Of a stretch of DNA of 64,000 bases, positions 37,238-46,411 are shown piece by piece (the first letter of the stretch is position 1; each line of letters opens with the position of its first letter). The notes beneath the pieces were generated by a model, which was given only the letters and a program-made list of their open reading frames with translations, had not been told where the DNA came from and ran no database searches. This stretch comes from an uncultured Gemmatimonadales bacterium. GTDB lineage: Bacteria; Gemmatimonadota; Gemmatimonadetes; Longimicrobiales; RSA9. The stretch lies in contig CAWCUS010000002.1 of NCBI GenBank assembly GCA_963798845.1, positions 288,001 through 352,000 of the forward strand. Reading direction: 5' to 3'. The position numbers were made by a program, and so were the translations under genes.

Positions 37238-38008
37238 CTAACGCGCCAACCCCGCGTACAGCACGACGGCCACCGCCGTGGCCAGGTTCAGGCTGGACAC
37301 TCCCGGCCGCATCGGGATCGACACGCGCGCGGTCGCGCGCTTCAGGAGCGCAGGGGAGAGGCCTGTGCGCTCCGACCCGAACGCCAGCACGGCGCGCCGC
37401 GGGAGCTGCGCCACGAGCGGCTCCCCCTCCGGATCCAGCGCGAACAGCGGCCGATCCGTCTCCGGGAGCGCATCCACACGCGCAACCGGCAGCGCGAACT
37501 GGAGCCCCGCGCCTCCGCGCAGCGAGGCCGGGTGCCAGGGGTCGTGCGCGCCCGTGACCAGGACGCCGCCGGCCCCTGCCGCGGCGGCGACCCTCACCAC
37601 CGCGCCAATGTTGCCATGGTGGGTCGGCCGCTCCAGCAGGACCACCGGCGCGTCCGCCGCCGAGAGCGCCGCGCGCGCCCCCCGGGCAGGATCGGCGCCC
37701 CAGGCGGCGCGCCGGGCGAGAGCGATCACGCCGGTGGGGTGGGGCGCGGGGGCGAGGCGGCGGAAGAGATCGTGGTCGAGTGGGGCCGCCAGGGCGGCGA
37801 TCTCCCCGGCGACGTCGGGCGCGAGCCGGCTCGCGAGCCGGCCGAGCTCGTCGGGATCCGGCGTCCACGCCTCCAGGATGCGAGCGCCGAAGCGGAGCGC
37901 GTGCTTGAGCGCGTGGAGCCCTTCGAGCACCGCCAGCTGCGGGTCCACGCGGGCGGCGTGGTACCGTTCCGCCAGTGTCGGGGATGCGCCCGAGGCCTCG
38001 GGCCTCAC
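37238..38008 (-). CDS. TrmH/SpoU family RNA methyltransferase
   Basis: GNIGAVVR, FGSERTGL, IPM...SSLNLA. Confidence 0.88.
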   Translation of the reverse strand: MRPEASGASPTLAERYHAARVDPQLAVLEGLHALKHALRFGARILEAWTPDPDELGRLASRLAPDVAGEIAALAAPLDHDLFRRLAPAPHPTGVIALARRAAWGADPARGARAALSAADAPVVLLERPTHHGNIGAVVRVAAAAGAGGVLVTGAHDPWHPASLRGGAGLQFALPVARVDALPETDRPLFALDPEGEPLVAQLPRRAVLAFGSERTGLSPALLKRATARVSIPMRPGVSSLNLATAVAVVLYAGLAR

Positions 38009-38613
38009 GCGCTGGAGACCAGCCGCCCCTTGCGGTCGGCGGCGTCGCGGGCGGCACGGACGACTTCGAACAGGTCCTCTTCGGACGCGAAGGTCCGGGT
38101 GAAGAGGGGATGGCCGTCCACGGTCTCCGACGCCGGTCGCAGGAGGCTCATGCCGAAGCCGCCGATGAATGCCATCCCCTCACGGCTGGCGCCGAGCGCG
38201 GCGAAGCGGATCGGCGCACGCCACGGGAGATCGCGGTGCCAGCGGACCATCGCTTCGGCGAAGAGGTGAGCGCCCAGCCCGCGGCCCCGCCACTTCGGCG
38301 CGACCACCAGCCCTGCGAAATACCAGATCGTGCGCCCGCTGTTGCACGCCGCCGCCAGGTCGTCGACGTCGAGGTCGTTCTCGGAGCGGGCCCCGATCAG
38401 GAGCGCGCCCGCCCGCTGGCCGTCGAGCGGCCACAGCTGGATGCAGCCGACCAGGCCTTCCCCGTTCCACGCCCCCACGTACCCGCGCGGGAATGCGCGC
38501 CACATCTCCTCGTCCATCATCGTGGCGCGCGGATTGGCGCCGTACGACGCTTCCGCCAGCTGCCGCACCGCCCGGAAGGAATGGCGGCGCGTCACGTACT
38601 CGAAATCCAGCAC
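38005..38613 (-). CDS. GNAT-fold N-acetyltransferase-like protein
   Basis: LVV.P.WRGRGLG acetyl-CoA binding motif. Confidence 0.65.
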   Translation of the reverse strand: MLDFEYVTRRHSFRAVRQLAEASYGANPRATMMDEEMWRAFPRGYVGAWNGEGLVGCIQLWPLDGQRAGALLIGARSENDLDVDDLAAACNSGRTIWYFAGLVVAPKWRGRGLGAHLFAEAMVRWHRDLPWRAPIRFAALGASREGMAFIGGFGMSLLRPASETVDGHPLFTRTFASEEDLFEVVRAARDAADRKGRLVSSA

Positions 38614-38630
38614 GTGATTCGTCGTGGCTT

Positions 38631-40019
38631 TCAGCTCCCGAACTCGTAGAGGGGCTCGAAGCGGGCGGTGAAGTGGCGCAGCACGGGCGCCTGGTGCGTG
38701 ATGCGGAATCCGCCGATGGACTCGCGCCGCCGGAACACCTCCAGGATCACCTCGATCACGTAGTCGATATGGCTCTGGGTGTAGACGCGGCGAGGGATCG
38801 TGAGTCGCACCAGCTCCGTGGGACCTGCCTCCTCCTCACCGGTTTCCGGGTCGCGCCGGCCGAACATGACCGTGCCGATCTCGACACCGCGGATCCCGCC
38901 CTCCACGTACAGCTCCGCCACGAGCGCCTGTCCCGGCAGGTGGAGCGGTTCCACGTGCGGGAGAAACGCGGCCGCGTCCAGGTACACGGCGTGGCCGCCC
39001 GGCGGCTGGATGATCGGCACGCCCTCACGCGCAATGTGCTCTCCCAGATAGCGGACGGAGGCGAGCCGATACTCCAGGTAGTCCTCCTGCACCACCTCGT
39101 CCAGCCCGACCGCGATCGCCTCCAGGTCGCGGCCCGCCAGGCCGCCGTAGGTGGGGAAGCCTTCCGTCAGGATCAGCAGGTCCTTTTCCTGCTCCGCCAG
39201 GCGGTCGTCGTTGGTCGCCACGAAGCCGCCTATGTTCGCCAGCCCGTCCTTCTTCGCGGAGAACGTGCAGCCGTCGGCGTAAGAGAACATCTCGTGCGCG
39301 ATCTCCTCGACGCTCCGTTCGTCCTGCCCCTCCTCGTTCCGCTTGATGAGATAGGCGTTCTCCGCGAACCGGCATGCGTCGATGTAGAACGGGATCCCGT
39401 GCTCGCGGCAGGTGGCGCTGATCTCCCGGATGTTCCCCAGGCTCACCGGCTGCCCGCCCCCCGAGTTGTTGGTCACCGTGACCATGCACAGCGGGATCCG
39501 CTCGGCACCCACCTCGCCGATCAGGCGACGCAGCGCGTCCACGTCCATGTCGCCCTTGAACGGCGCGGGCTGCTGCCGGTTCTTCGCCCGCGGGGTCGGA
39601 AGGTCCACGGCTTCGGCGCCGCGGGCCTCGATGTTCGCCCGCGTCGTGTCGAAGTGCGTGTTGTTCGGGACCACGTCCCCGGCCTTGCACATGGTGGTGA
39701 ACAGGATCCGCTCCGCCGCCCGCCCCTGGTGCGTCGGGATCAGGTGCTTGAATCCGAACAGCTCCTTCACCCGCCGCTCCAGCCGGTAGAAAGAGCGGGA
39801 CCCGGCGTAGGCCTCGTCCCCCCGCATGATCGCAGCCCACTGCTCCGCGCTCATCGCCGACGTCCCGCTGTCCGTCAGCAGGTCGATGAGCACGTTATCC
39901 GCCTTCAGCAGAAAGACGTTGTAGCCCGCCTCTTCCAGCCACTCCAGCCTCTCTCGGCGCGTGGTCATCCGGATCGGCTCCACCGCCTTGATCTTGAACG
40001 GCTCGATGATTGTTCTCAC
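38631..40019 (-). CDS. tnaA: Tryptophanase (PLP beta-eliminating lyase)
   Basis: EPFKIKAVE, IDLLTDSG, THQGR, SAKKD. The specificity residues are of the tryptophanase type rather than tyrosine phenol-lyase (FDTT, VEIG, LRHF). Confidence 0.88.
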   Translation of the reverse strand: MRTIIEPFKIKAVEPIRMTTRRERLEWLEEAGYNVFLLKADNVLIDLLTDSGTSAMSAEQWAAIMRGDEAYAGSRSFYRLERRVKELFGFKHLIPTHQGRAAERILFTTMCKAGDVVPNNTHFDTTRANIEARGAEAVDLPTPRAKNRQQPAPFKGDMDVDALRRLIGEVGAERIPLCMVTVTNNSGGGQPVSLGNIREISATCREHGIPFYIDACRFAENAYLIKRNEEGQDERSVEEIAHEMFSYADGCTFSAKKDGLANIGGFVATNDDRLAEQEKDLLILTEGFPTYGGLAGRDLEAIAVGLDEVVQEDYLEYRLASVRYLGEHIAREGVPIIQPPGGHAVYLDAAAFLPHVEPLHLPGQALVAELYVEGGIRGVEIGTVMFGRRDPETGEEEAGPTELVRLTIPRRVYTQSHIDYVIEVILEVFRRRESIGGFRITHQAPVLRHFTARFEPLYEFGS

Positions 40020-40224
40020 GTCTCTGCTCTGCTGCCCGGTGCCAAGATCACCCCGGCCGGATGCTGGCCGCTTCCGCCCCCGCTCGCAACCCCCGGCACC
40101 GCTCGAACCTGGCGCCGGACCCGAACGTCGCTCTTGCGGCTCACGCCGCGCGAGAGCCACCTTCTTCCCCGAGCGGTGGCCGGGCGCGCCTGCTCGCGCC
40201 GCTGCAGCACTTCCGAGAAGAGTC

Positions 40225-41088
40225 ATGGCAGTCTGGTATTTCGGAAAGCCGACGATCCCGCTCACCGGCCTCGTCCTCTCCTTCGCTGCGCTCCTCGTCC
40301 CGATCGTCGCCACGTTCTGGTTTCCGGACGGCGCCACCCAGTACCAGCTCCTCCTGTGGCTCCTCGCCCTGATCCCGGCCTTCCTGCTGGCCCATTACCG
40401 GGGTTGGATGGGCGTGGCCGTGGCCATGCTCATCGGCATGGTGGTACTCTCGATGGCCCAGGTGGCCGCCGTCTCCACCGGCCTGCACACCGACTGGGCG
40501 CTGCTGCTCGGCGTGGTCGCGGTCTACATCGCCGTCGGGATGAGCGTGGGCGTGGTCAGCGAGCTGCTGCACGTGGAGCGGGCCCGGGCGGAAGAGCTGG
40601 CCCTTACCGACGGGCTTACGGACATGCCCAACCGGCGCCTGGCCGACCTCTTCCTGGAAAAGGAGTTCGCCGCGGCACAGCGCGGACGCCCTCTCGCCGT
40701 CGTGCTCTACGACATCGACTACTTCAAGGCGTTCAACGACCGTCACGGCCACTCGGCCGGCGACGGAGCGCTCCGGTTCTTTGCAGACACGCTCAGGTCC
40801 CGCACCCGGCGCATGGACCTCTCCGCACGGTACGGCGGCGAGGAGTTCATCACCATCCTCTCTGCCGGTGCGACGCACGGCGCCGTCTGCCTGGCCGAAG
40901 CGGTGCGCTCGAGGCTCGCGGACCACCCGCACCACCTCCCGTTCACCGTCTCCGCCGGCGTGGCCGAGTACACGGACGGGATGGAGTCGCAAATGGAGCT
41001 GCTGACCGCAGCGGACCGCGCCCTCTACGCGGCCAAGTCGGATGGCCGCGACTGCGTGCGGGCGTACCAGGAGGTCGCTCCGGTCTGA
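40225..41088 (+). CDS. Membrane-bound diguanylate cyclase
   Basis: Four TM helices; TDGLT..PNRR, DID.FK..ND..GH..GD, RRMD I-site, GGEEF. Confidence 0.9.
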   Translation: MAVWYFGKPTIPLTGLVLSFAALLVPIVATFWFPDGATQYQLLLWLLALIPAFLLAHYRGWMGVAVAMLIGMVVLSMAQVAAVSTGLHTDWALLLGVVAVYIAVGMSVGVVSELLHVERARAEELALTDGLTDMPNRRLADLFLEKEFAAAQRGRPLAVVLYDIDYFKAFNDRHGHSAGDGALRFFADTLRSRTRRMDLSARYGGEEFITILSAGATHGAVCLAEAVRSRLADHPHHLPFTVSAGVAEYTDGMESQMELLTAADRALYAAKSDGRDCVRAYQEVAPV

Positions 41089-41122
41089 AGGCCGCGGCGG
41101 CGCGCCCGCCGACACGTGCTGC

Positions 41123-41151
41123 TTGACATGCCGGAGGGTCCTCCCGAGAGT
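41123..41151 (+). promoter_or_regulatory. Putative sigma70 promoter giving a leaderless transcript of the RAPP ORF
   Basis: TTGACA-N17-GAGAGT-N7-ATG; no SD before ATG 41159. Confidence 0.4.
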
Positions 41152-41158
41152 CCACGCC

Positions 41159-41488
41159 ATGCCCCTGCAATCCAGGCCAGCGCGTCGGATCGTCGCTTTC
41201 GTGGTGGCGGTGCTCCTTGGCACTTCCCTGCTGGCCGTGCCGCTGCTGGACCTGGGCCGCGCGCCCCGCCGGCTCGCCATCGACGCGAAGCCGACGCAGC
41301 CCGGCTGGCTCGCCCACGATCACGACCTCTGCCTCTGGTTCGGGGCCACACCCTGGGCGCCGCCGCCCTCGCCGCCGCCCCCCGCCACCCTGCGCGTGCA
41401 CCAGGCGACCGTCATCATCGAGAGCGCCGTACCTGGCGAGCTCCTCCTCCAGCCGACCTACCGCTCCAGAGCACCACCCACCGCCTGA
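41159..41488 (+). CDS. DUF2946-like upstream ORF with C-terminal RAPP motif (putative metal-responsive arrest peptide)
   Basis: N-terminal hydrophobic segment, HDHDLC, Pro-rich linker, RSRAPPTA-stop; first gene before the metal uptake genes. Confidence 0.7.
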   Translation: MPLQSRPARRIVAFVVAVLLGTSLLAVPLLDLGRAPRRLAIDAKPTQPGWLAHDHDLCLWFGATPWAPPPSPPPPATLRVHQATVIIESAVPGELLLQPTYRSRAPPTA

Positions 41489-41554
41489 AGCCTGGCTTCG
41501 GGCCCCACGCCGCCGCCGGCGAGGGGATGATCACGCACATCGGTGGAGGACCCG

Positions 41555-42946
41555 TTGACAAGGATTCCAAGACGACGTTGCGGCGTCGCCCGGCTCGCCA
41601 TTCCGTTCGCGTGCATCGCGCTGCTTCCTCCCACGGCCGCTTCCGCGCAGGAGCCGGCGAGGGAGCCGGCGCGGCAGGCGGTGATCGACTCGCTGCGGCG
41701 GGAAGTCGACCACGTCCGGGCGCAGATGGACAGCCTCACGCGTGTGGTGCGCGCGCTCCAGGCAGCGCCGCCGGCCGGGGCCGCGGAGGGCGGCCAGACA
41801 CCCGAGGACCCCCTGGCCGCGATCCGGTCCGCGGCCGCCGCGGCGGCCGGAGGCGCGCAGGACACCGCGGCCGCGGCTCCGGAGAAGGAGCCGGAGCAGC
41901 CGGAGTTCGTCGGCCGCCAGCGCAATCTCCAGGCGCTGAACCCGGAGCTGACGGTCACGGGTGACCTGTTCGGTTTCATGGACATGGACGATCCCGGGCA
42001 CCGGTCGTTCGTGGCGCGGGAGATCGAGGTAGGCTTCCAGTCAAGCCTCGACCCGTACGCGCTGGCCAAGGTCAACGTCAGCTTCGGCCAACCGGGTGGC
42101 GACCTGGCTCCGTTCGAGAACCCGGACGCGCCCGAAGAGGGGCCGGAAGTCTCGGCCGAGGAGGCGTACATCGAATGGACGGGGCTGCCGGGCGGCGTGA
42201 ACGTCATGCTCGGCCGCTTCCGCCAGCGCTTCGGTCAGCTCAACCGGTGGCACCCCCACGCCCTCCCCGGACAGAGCTTCCCGCTTCCCTACGTCGCCTT
42301 CTTCGGCGAGGAAGGGCTGGCGGAGACCGGCATCTCGGTGCACTGGCTCGTCCCGGTCACCGGCGCGGGCACGTGGGAAGTGTGGACGCAGCTCACGAAC
42401 AGTGGCAACGACGTCCTGTTCGGCGGCGCCAGCCGACCCGCGGCGCTCGCCCACCTGAACGCGTTCTGGGACCTGACTCGGTCCACGTACTTCGAGCTCG
42501 GGTTCACTGGCCTGGCCGGTCCCGACTGGGCCGGAGACCGCGACTTCGCGACCCGCGTGGGCGGCCTGGACTTCACCCTGAGCTGGAGGCCGCCGGAGCG
42601 CGGCCACTATCGCGAGCTGACCATCCGCGGCGGCGCGGTGCTGGGCGAGGTCGCCACCGGCGGCGCGCTGGAGCCCGACCCCGGCAGCGCCCGTGGCGCG
42701 TTCGCCAACGCCGAGTACCGCCTGAACCCGCGCTGGCTGGTCGGCGGGCGCTGGGGCTGGACCGAGGACCCGCTCGACCCATCGCGGTCGACCTGGCTCG
42801 CCGCGCCCACGCTCACGCTCTGGGAAAGCGAGTTCGTCCGCCTTCGCGCCGAGATGGACTTCCTGCACCGGCCCGAGGGCACGCTCCGTCAGCTCACGCT
42901 CCAGACCACGTTCGCCATGGGGCCCCACAAGCACGAGACCTACTGA
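41555..42946 (+). CDS. Outer-membrane porin-like protein of a metal uptake operon
   Basis: TTG after SD GGAGGA; signal peptide, coiled coil, LNPEL, EEAY, FG.LN.WHPH; beta-strand-rich; C-terminal GPHKHETY. Confidence 0.7.
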   Translation: MTRIPRRRCGVARLAIPFACIALLPPTAASAQEPAREPARQAVIDSLRREVDHVRAQMDSLTRVVRALQAAPPAGAAEGGQTPEDPLAAIRSAAAAAAGGAQDTAAAAPEKEPEQPEFVGRQRNLQALNPELTVTGDLFGFMDMDDPGHRSFVAREIEVGFQSSLDPYALAKVNVSFGQPGGDLAPFENPDAPEEGPEVSAEEAYIEWTGLPGGVNVMLGRFRQRFGQLNRWHPHALPGQSFPLPYVAFFGEEGLAETGISVHWLVPVTGAGTWEVWTQLTNSGNDVLFGGASRPAALAHLNAFWDLTRSTYFELGFTGLAGPDWAGDRDFATRVGGLDFTLSWRPPERGHYRELTIRGGAVLGEVATGGALEPDPGSARGAFANAEYRLNPRWLVGGRWGWTEDPLDPSRSTWLAAPTLTLWESEFVRLRAEMDFLHRPEGTLRQLTLQTTFAMGPHKHETY

Positions 42947-42965
42947 AGAACGGAGAAGTCAGACG

Positions 42966-44033
42966 ATGATGATCCTGAACCTGGCCATGGCGCTGGCCGT
43001 CACGCTGTCCCCGCCGCCCCAACAGGGCGCGGCCTCCCAACAGGGCCTGGCACCCCATGCTGGGGCCAGGCCCCTCCGCGTCGTCGCCACCCTCCCCGTC
43101 TACGCCGAGCTTGTGCGCACCATCGCCGGTGACGCGGCGGAGGTCACGGCCATCGCCGATCCCGCGGAGGACGCGCATTTCGTACGACCCAAGCCCAGCT
43201 TCGCGCTGCGGATCCGGCAGGCGGACGCGTTCGTGACCACGGGCCTCGACCTCGAGCTCTGGGTCCCGGCGCTCCTGGACAAGGCGGGGAACGCGAAGGT
43301 GAAGGAGGGTGGAACCGGCTACATCACGACGTATCCCGGGGTCAGGCTCCTGGACGTCCCGACGTCGCACGACCGGTCCCAGGGCGACATCCACATCTAC
43401 GGCAATCCGCACCTGTTCACGGACCCGCTGAACGTGCTCCAGATAGCCCGGAACATCACGGCGGGGCTGAAGAACGTTGACCCGCAGGACGCGGCCACGT
43501 TCGACGCCAACATGGCCGCGTACGCGGAACGGGTCTATCGGCGCCTGTATGGCGATGCGCTCGTTGAGCTGCTGGGCGGCCCGACGCTCGAGAAGCTGAG
43601 CCAGCAGGGCAGGCTCTTCGACTTCCTGTCCGGCCAGGAGTACGGGGGACAGCCGCTCACCGCGCAGCTCGGCGGGTGGCTGAAAGCCGCCGAGCCGTTC
43701 CGCGGCAGGAAGATCGTCTGCTACCACAAGAACTGGGCGTACTTCGAGAACCGGTTCGGCGTCACGTGCGCCGACTATGTCGAGGCCAAGCCAGGGATCC
43801 CGCCCACTCCCGGCCACGTCGGCGACCTCATCGACCTCATGAAGAACCAGGGAATCAACGTGCTTCTCGCCGCGAACTACTTCGACCCCGCGAAAGTGAA
43901 GGCGGTGGCCGCCCGCGCCGGCGGGAGCGCGGTCATCGTGCCGCTCCAGCCGGGCGGCCCGCGCGCCGCCACGTACTTCGACGTGGTGGACACGTGGGTC
44001 AACTCCCTGGCCGCCGCCTTCAGGGGGAGCTGA
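42966..44033 (+). CDS. Zn/Mn-type ABC transporter substrate-binding protein (ZnuA/TroA family)
   Basis: DAHF..KPS, GLDLE, GD.H..GNPH..TDP, YH, E.KPGIPPT. Confidence 0.88.
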   Translation: MMILNLAMALAVTLSPPPQQGAASQQGLAPHAGARPLRVVATLPVYAELVRTIAGDAAEVTAIADPAEDAHFVRPKPSFALRIRQADAFVTTGLDLELWVPALLDKAGNAKVKEGGTGYITTYPGVRLLDVPTSHDRSQGDIHIYGNPHLFTDPLNVLQIARNITAGLKNVDPQDAATFDANMAAYAERVYRRLYGDALVELLGGPTLEKLSQQGRLFDFLSGQEYGGQPLTAQLGGWLKAAEPFRGRKIVCYHKNWAYFENRFGVTCADYVEAKPGIPPTPGHVGDLIDLMKNQGINVLLAANYFDPAKVKAVAARAGGSAVIVPLQPGGPRAATYFDVVDTWVNSLAAAFRGS

Positions 44034-44036
44034 GCC

Positions 44037-44915
44037 ATGTTGTCGCTGATCCTCGCACCCCTCGCCGTCGGGCTGGTGATCGTGGCCATGAACGCGTATT
44101 TCGGGCTCCACATCATCCGCCGCGGCGTCATCTTCGTGGACCTGGCCTTCGCCCAGATCGCCGCGGTCGGAAGCACCATCGCGCTCCTGTTCGGCGCCCA
44201 CATCGGCACGCCGATCTCGTGGGCCCTCACCTTCCTGTTCACCCTGGTGGGGGCCGCGATCTTCAGCTTCACCCGCAGCGAGCAGGAGACGCTCGTGCCG
44301 CAGGAGGCGATCATCGGCATCGTCTACGTCGTGGCCTCCGCGACGGTGATCCTCCTCACCAGCTTCACGGCGGAAGGGGCTGAGCACGTGAAGGAGACAC
44401 TCACCGGCTCGCTCATCTGGGCGACGTGGGGCACGTTCGGCGTCGTCGCCGCGGCGTACGCCGCCATCGGCCTCTTCCACTTCTTCACGCGGGAGAAGAT
44501 GCGCGCGGTCACGTTCCACCCGGAGCGCGTGCGCCGGATTCGCTTGTGGGACTTCATCTTTTATCTCACTTTCGGCATCGCCATCACCTTCTCCGTGACA
44601 CTCGCGGGTGTTCTCCTCATCTTCAGCACGCTCGTGATCCCGTCGGTGATCGCGTTCACGTTCACCGGCCGTTTCAATCGAGCACTGTTGATCGCCTGGG
44701 CCAGCGGGGCCGTCGCCCTCGTGGCGGGGCTCCTCGGGTCCGTGTACTGGGACGTCACCACCGGGCCGCTGCTGGTGGTGGCGTTCGGCGTCGCGCTCGT
44801 CCTGGCCTTCGTGGCGAGGCCGCTGCTCGGCATTCAGAAGCCCGCGCCCCTCAGCCACCTGCGCGAGGAGCCGGGCCCCGTGATTCACCCGCGAGACCCT
44901 GTGAGTCAGACCTGA
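44037..44915 (+). CDS. ABC-3 metal transporter permease (ZnuB-like)
   Basis: RRGVIFVDLA.AQ, EAIIGI, GVLLIFS.LVIP. Confidence 0.85.
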   Translation: MLSLILAPLAVGLVIVAMNAYFGLHIIRRGVIFVDLAFAQIAAVGSTIALLFGAHIGTPISWALTFLFTLVGAAIFSFTRSEQETLVPQEAIIGIVYVVASATVILLTSFTAEGAEHVKETLTGSLIWATWGTFGVVAAAYAAIGLFHFFTREKMRAVTFHPERVRRIRLWDFIFYLTFGIAITFSVTLAGVLLIFSTLVIPSVIAFTFTGRFNRALLIAWASGAVALVAGLLGSVYWDVTTGPLLVVAFGVALVLAFVARPLLGIQKPAPLSHLREEPGPVIHPRDPVSQT

Positions 44916-46411
44916 TGAACCAGACGCGATTCCTGCGGGCGGTGCTGCCCGCCCTCCTCGTCCTTCCGGCGACACTGGGCGTCGCCGGCACCGCGGCCGC
45001 CCAGAGCGGGGCCGCGACCCCGCCCCCGGCGACCGCCCCGGCCCCCCCAGCCGCCCCGGGGTCGGCGGCCGCGCGTGGGTCGGCCGTGGCCGCGGCTCCG
45101 ACAGCGCGGGCGACCGGCCTCGTCTCCGCGTACCAGGAGCCGGCCGACCGTCTCATCGACGCCGCGTTGAGGGACAGCGCCGCGTACGAGCGGCTGGGGG
45201 ACCTGGTCGACACGTTCGGCCCCCGTCTGAGCGGCTCGCGTGCGCTCGAGGACGCCATCGACTGGGTCATGGCGCGCATGAAGGAGGACGGGCTGGAGAA
45301 CGTGCACGGCGAGAAGGCGATGGTGCCGCACTGGGTTCGCGGAGAGGAATCGCTGCGCATGACGCAGCCCAGGGAGCGGGACCTGCCGATGCTCGGGCTC
45401 GGCGGCAGCATCGCCACGCCGCCCGGCGGGATCACGGCGCCCGTTCTCGTGGTCTCCAGCTTCGACGAGCTGCACCAGCGCGCGGCGGAGGCCAGAGGGA
45501 AGATCGTCCTCTTCGACGCCCCGTTCGTCACGTACGGCGAGACGGTCCGCTACCGGAGCGACGGGGCCGTGGAGGCGGCGAAAGCGGGCGCGGTGGCCAG
45601 CCTGATCCGGTCCGTGGCGTCGTTCTCGATGAACAGCCCTCATACGGGCGCCATGGACTACGAGGACAGCGTCACGAAGATCCCGCACGCTGCCATCACG
45701 GTGGAGGACGCCGAGATGCTGCACCGGATGCAGGAGCGAGGCGTCACCCCGGTGCTGCACCTGGAGATGAGCGCGGAGACGCTCCCCGACTCGCCGTCCC
45801 GCAACGTGATCGCCGAGATCCGGGGGCGGGAGAAGCCGGACGAGGTGGTGGTGGTGAGCGGGCACCTCGACTCGTGGGACGTGGGGCAGGGCGCGATGGA
45901 CGACGGGGGCGGGGTCGTCGCCGCGTGGCAGGCCGTGCGGCTCATGAAGGAGCTGGGCATGCGCCCGCGCCGGACCGTGCGTGTCGTCGCCTGGACCAAC
46001 GAGGAGAACGGGACCCGGGGCGGCCGCGCCTACGCCGCCGACCACGCCGATCAGGCCGGCAGCCACGTCCTCATGATCGAATCCGATGAGGGCGTTTTCC
46101 GCCCCGAGGGCTTCGGCTTCACCGGCTCCGATTCGGCGTTCCAGGTGGTGCAGGCCGTCGGCAGGCTCCTCGCCCGCATCGACGCCGGCGAGATCACCCG
46201 CGGCGGCGGCGGCGCCGACATCGGCCCGATGATGCGCCTCGGCGTTCCCGGCATGGGGCTCACGGTGGACGGCGAGAAGTACTTCTGGTACCACCACAGC
46301 GAAGCGGACACGCTCGACAAGCTGGATCCGGAGGAGATGGCCCGCTGCGTCGCGGCGCTGGCGGTCATGAGCTACGTCGTCGCGGACATGCCGGAGAAGC
46401 TGCCGCGGTGA
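44915..46411 (+). CDS. M28 family metallopeptidase (carboxypeptidase Q-like)
   Basis: GPRLSGS, HWVRG, PHTG, GHLDSWD, AMDDG, NEE, ESD, YHH..DT. Confidence 0.9.
   Translation: MNQTRFLRAVLPALLVLPATLGVAGTAAAQSGAATPPPATAPAPPAAPGSAAARGSAVAAAPTARATGLVSAYQEPADRLIDAALRDSAAYERLGDLVDTFGPRLSGSRALEDAIDWVMARMKEDGLENVHGEKAMVPHWVRGEESLRMTQPRERDLPMLGLGGSIATPPGGITAPVLVVSSFDELHQRAAEARGKIVLFDAPFVTYGETVRYRSDGAVEAAKAGAVASLIRSVASFSMNSPHTGAMDYEDSVTKIPHAAITVEDAEMLHRMQERGVTPVLHLEMSAETLPDSPSRNVIAEIRGREKPDEVVVVSGHLDSWDVGQGAMDDGGGVVAAWQAVRLMKELGMRPRRTVRVVAWTNEENGTRGGRAYAADHADQAGSHVLMIESDEGVFRPEGFGFTGSDSAFQVVQAVGRLLARIDAGEITRGGGGADIGPMMRLGVPGMGLTVDGEKYFWYHHSEADTLDKLDPEEMARCVAALAVMSYVVADMPEKLPR

Noticed and set aside
38631..40019. 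Tyrosine phenol-lyase
   Set aside because: The diagnostic residues are Asp (FDTT), Ile (VEIG) and His (LRHF), as in tryptophanase
38631..40019. Functional link of tnaA (indole) to the bcr cluster
   Set aside because: About 18 kb apart with unrelated genes between, and no indole or anthranilate conversion genes in the window
40020..40224. tnaC-like leader peptide or sigma54 site upstream of tnaA
   Set aside because: No convincing Trp-containing leader ORF; the TGGCAC has wrong spacing to the GC
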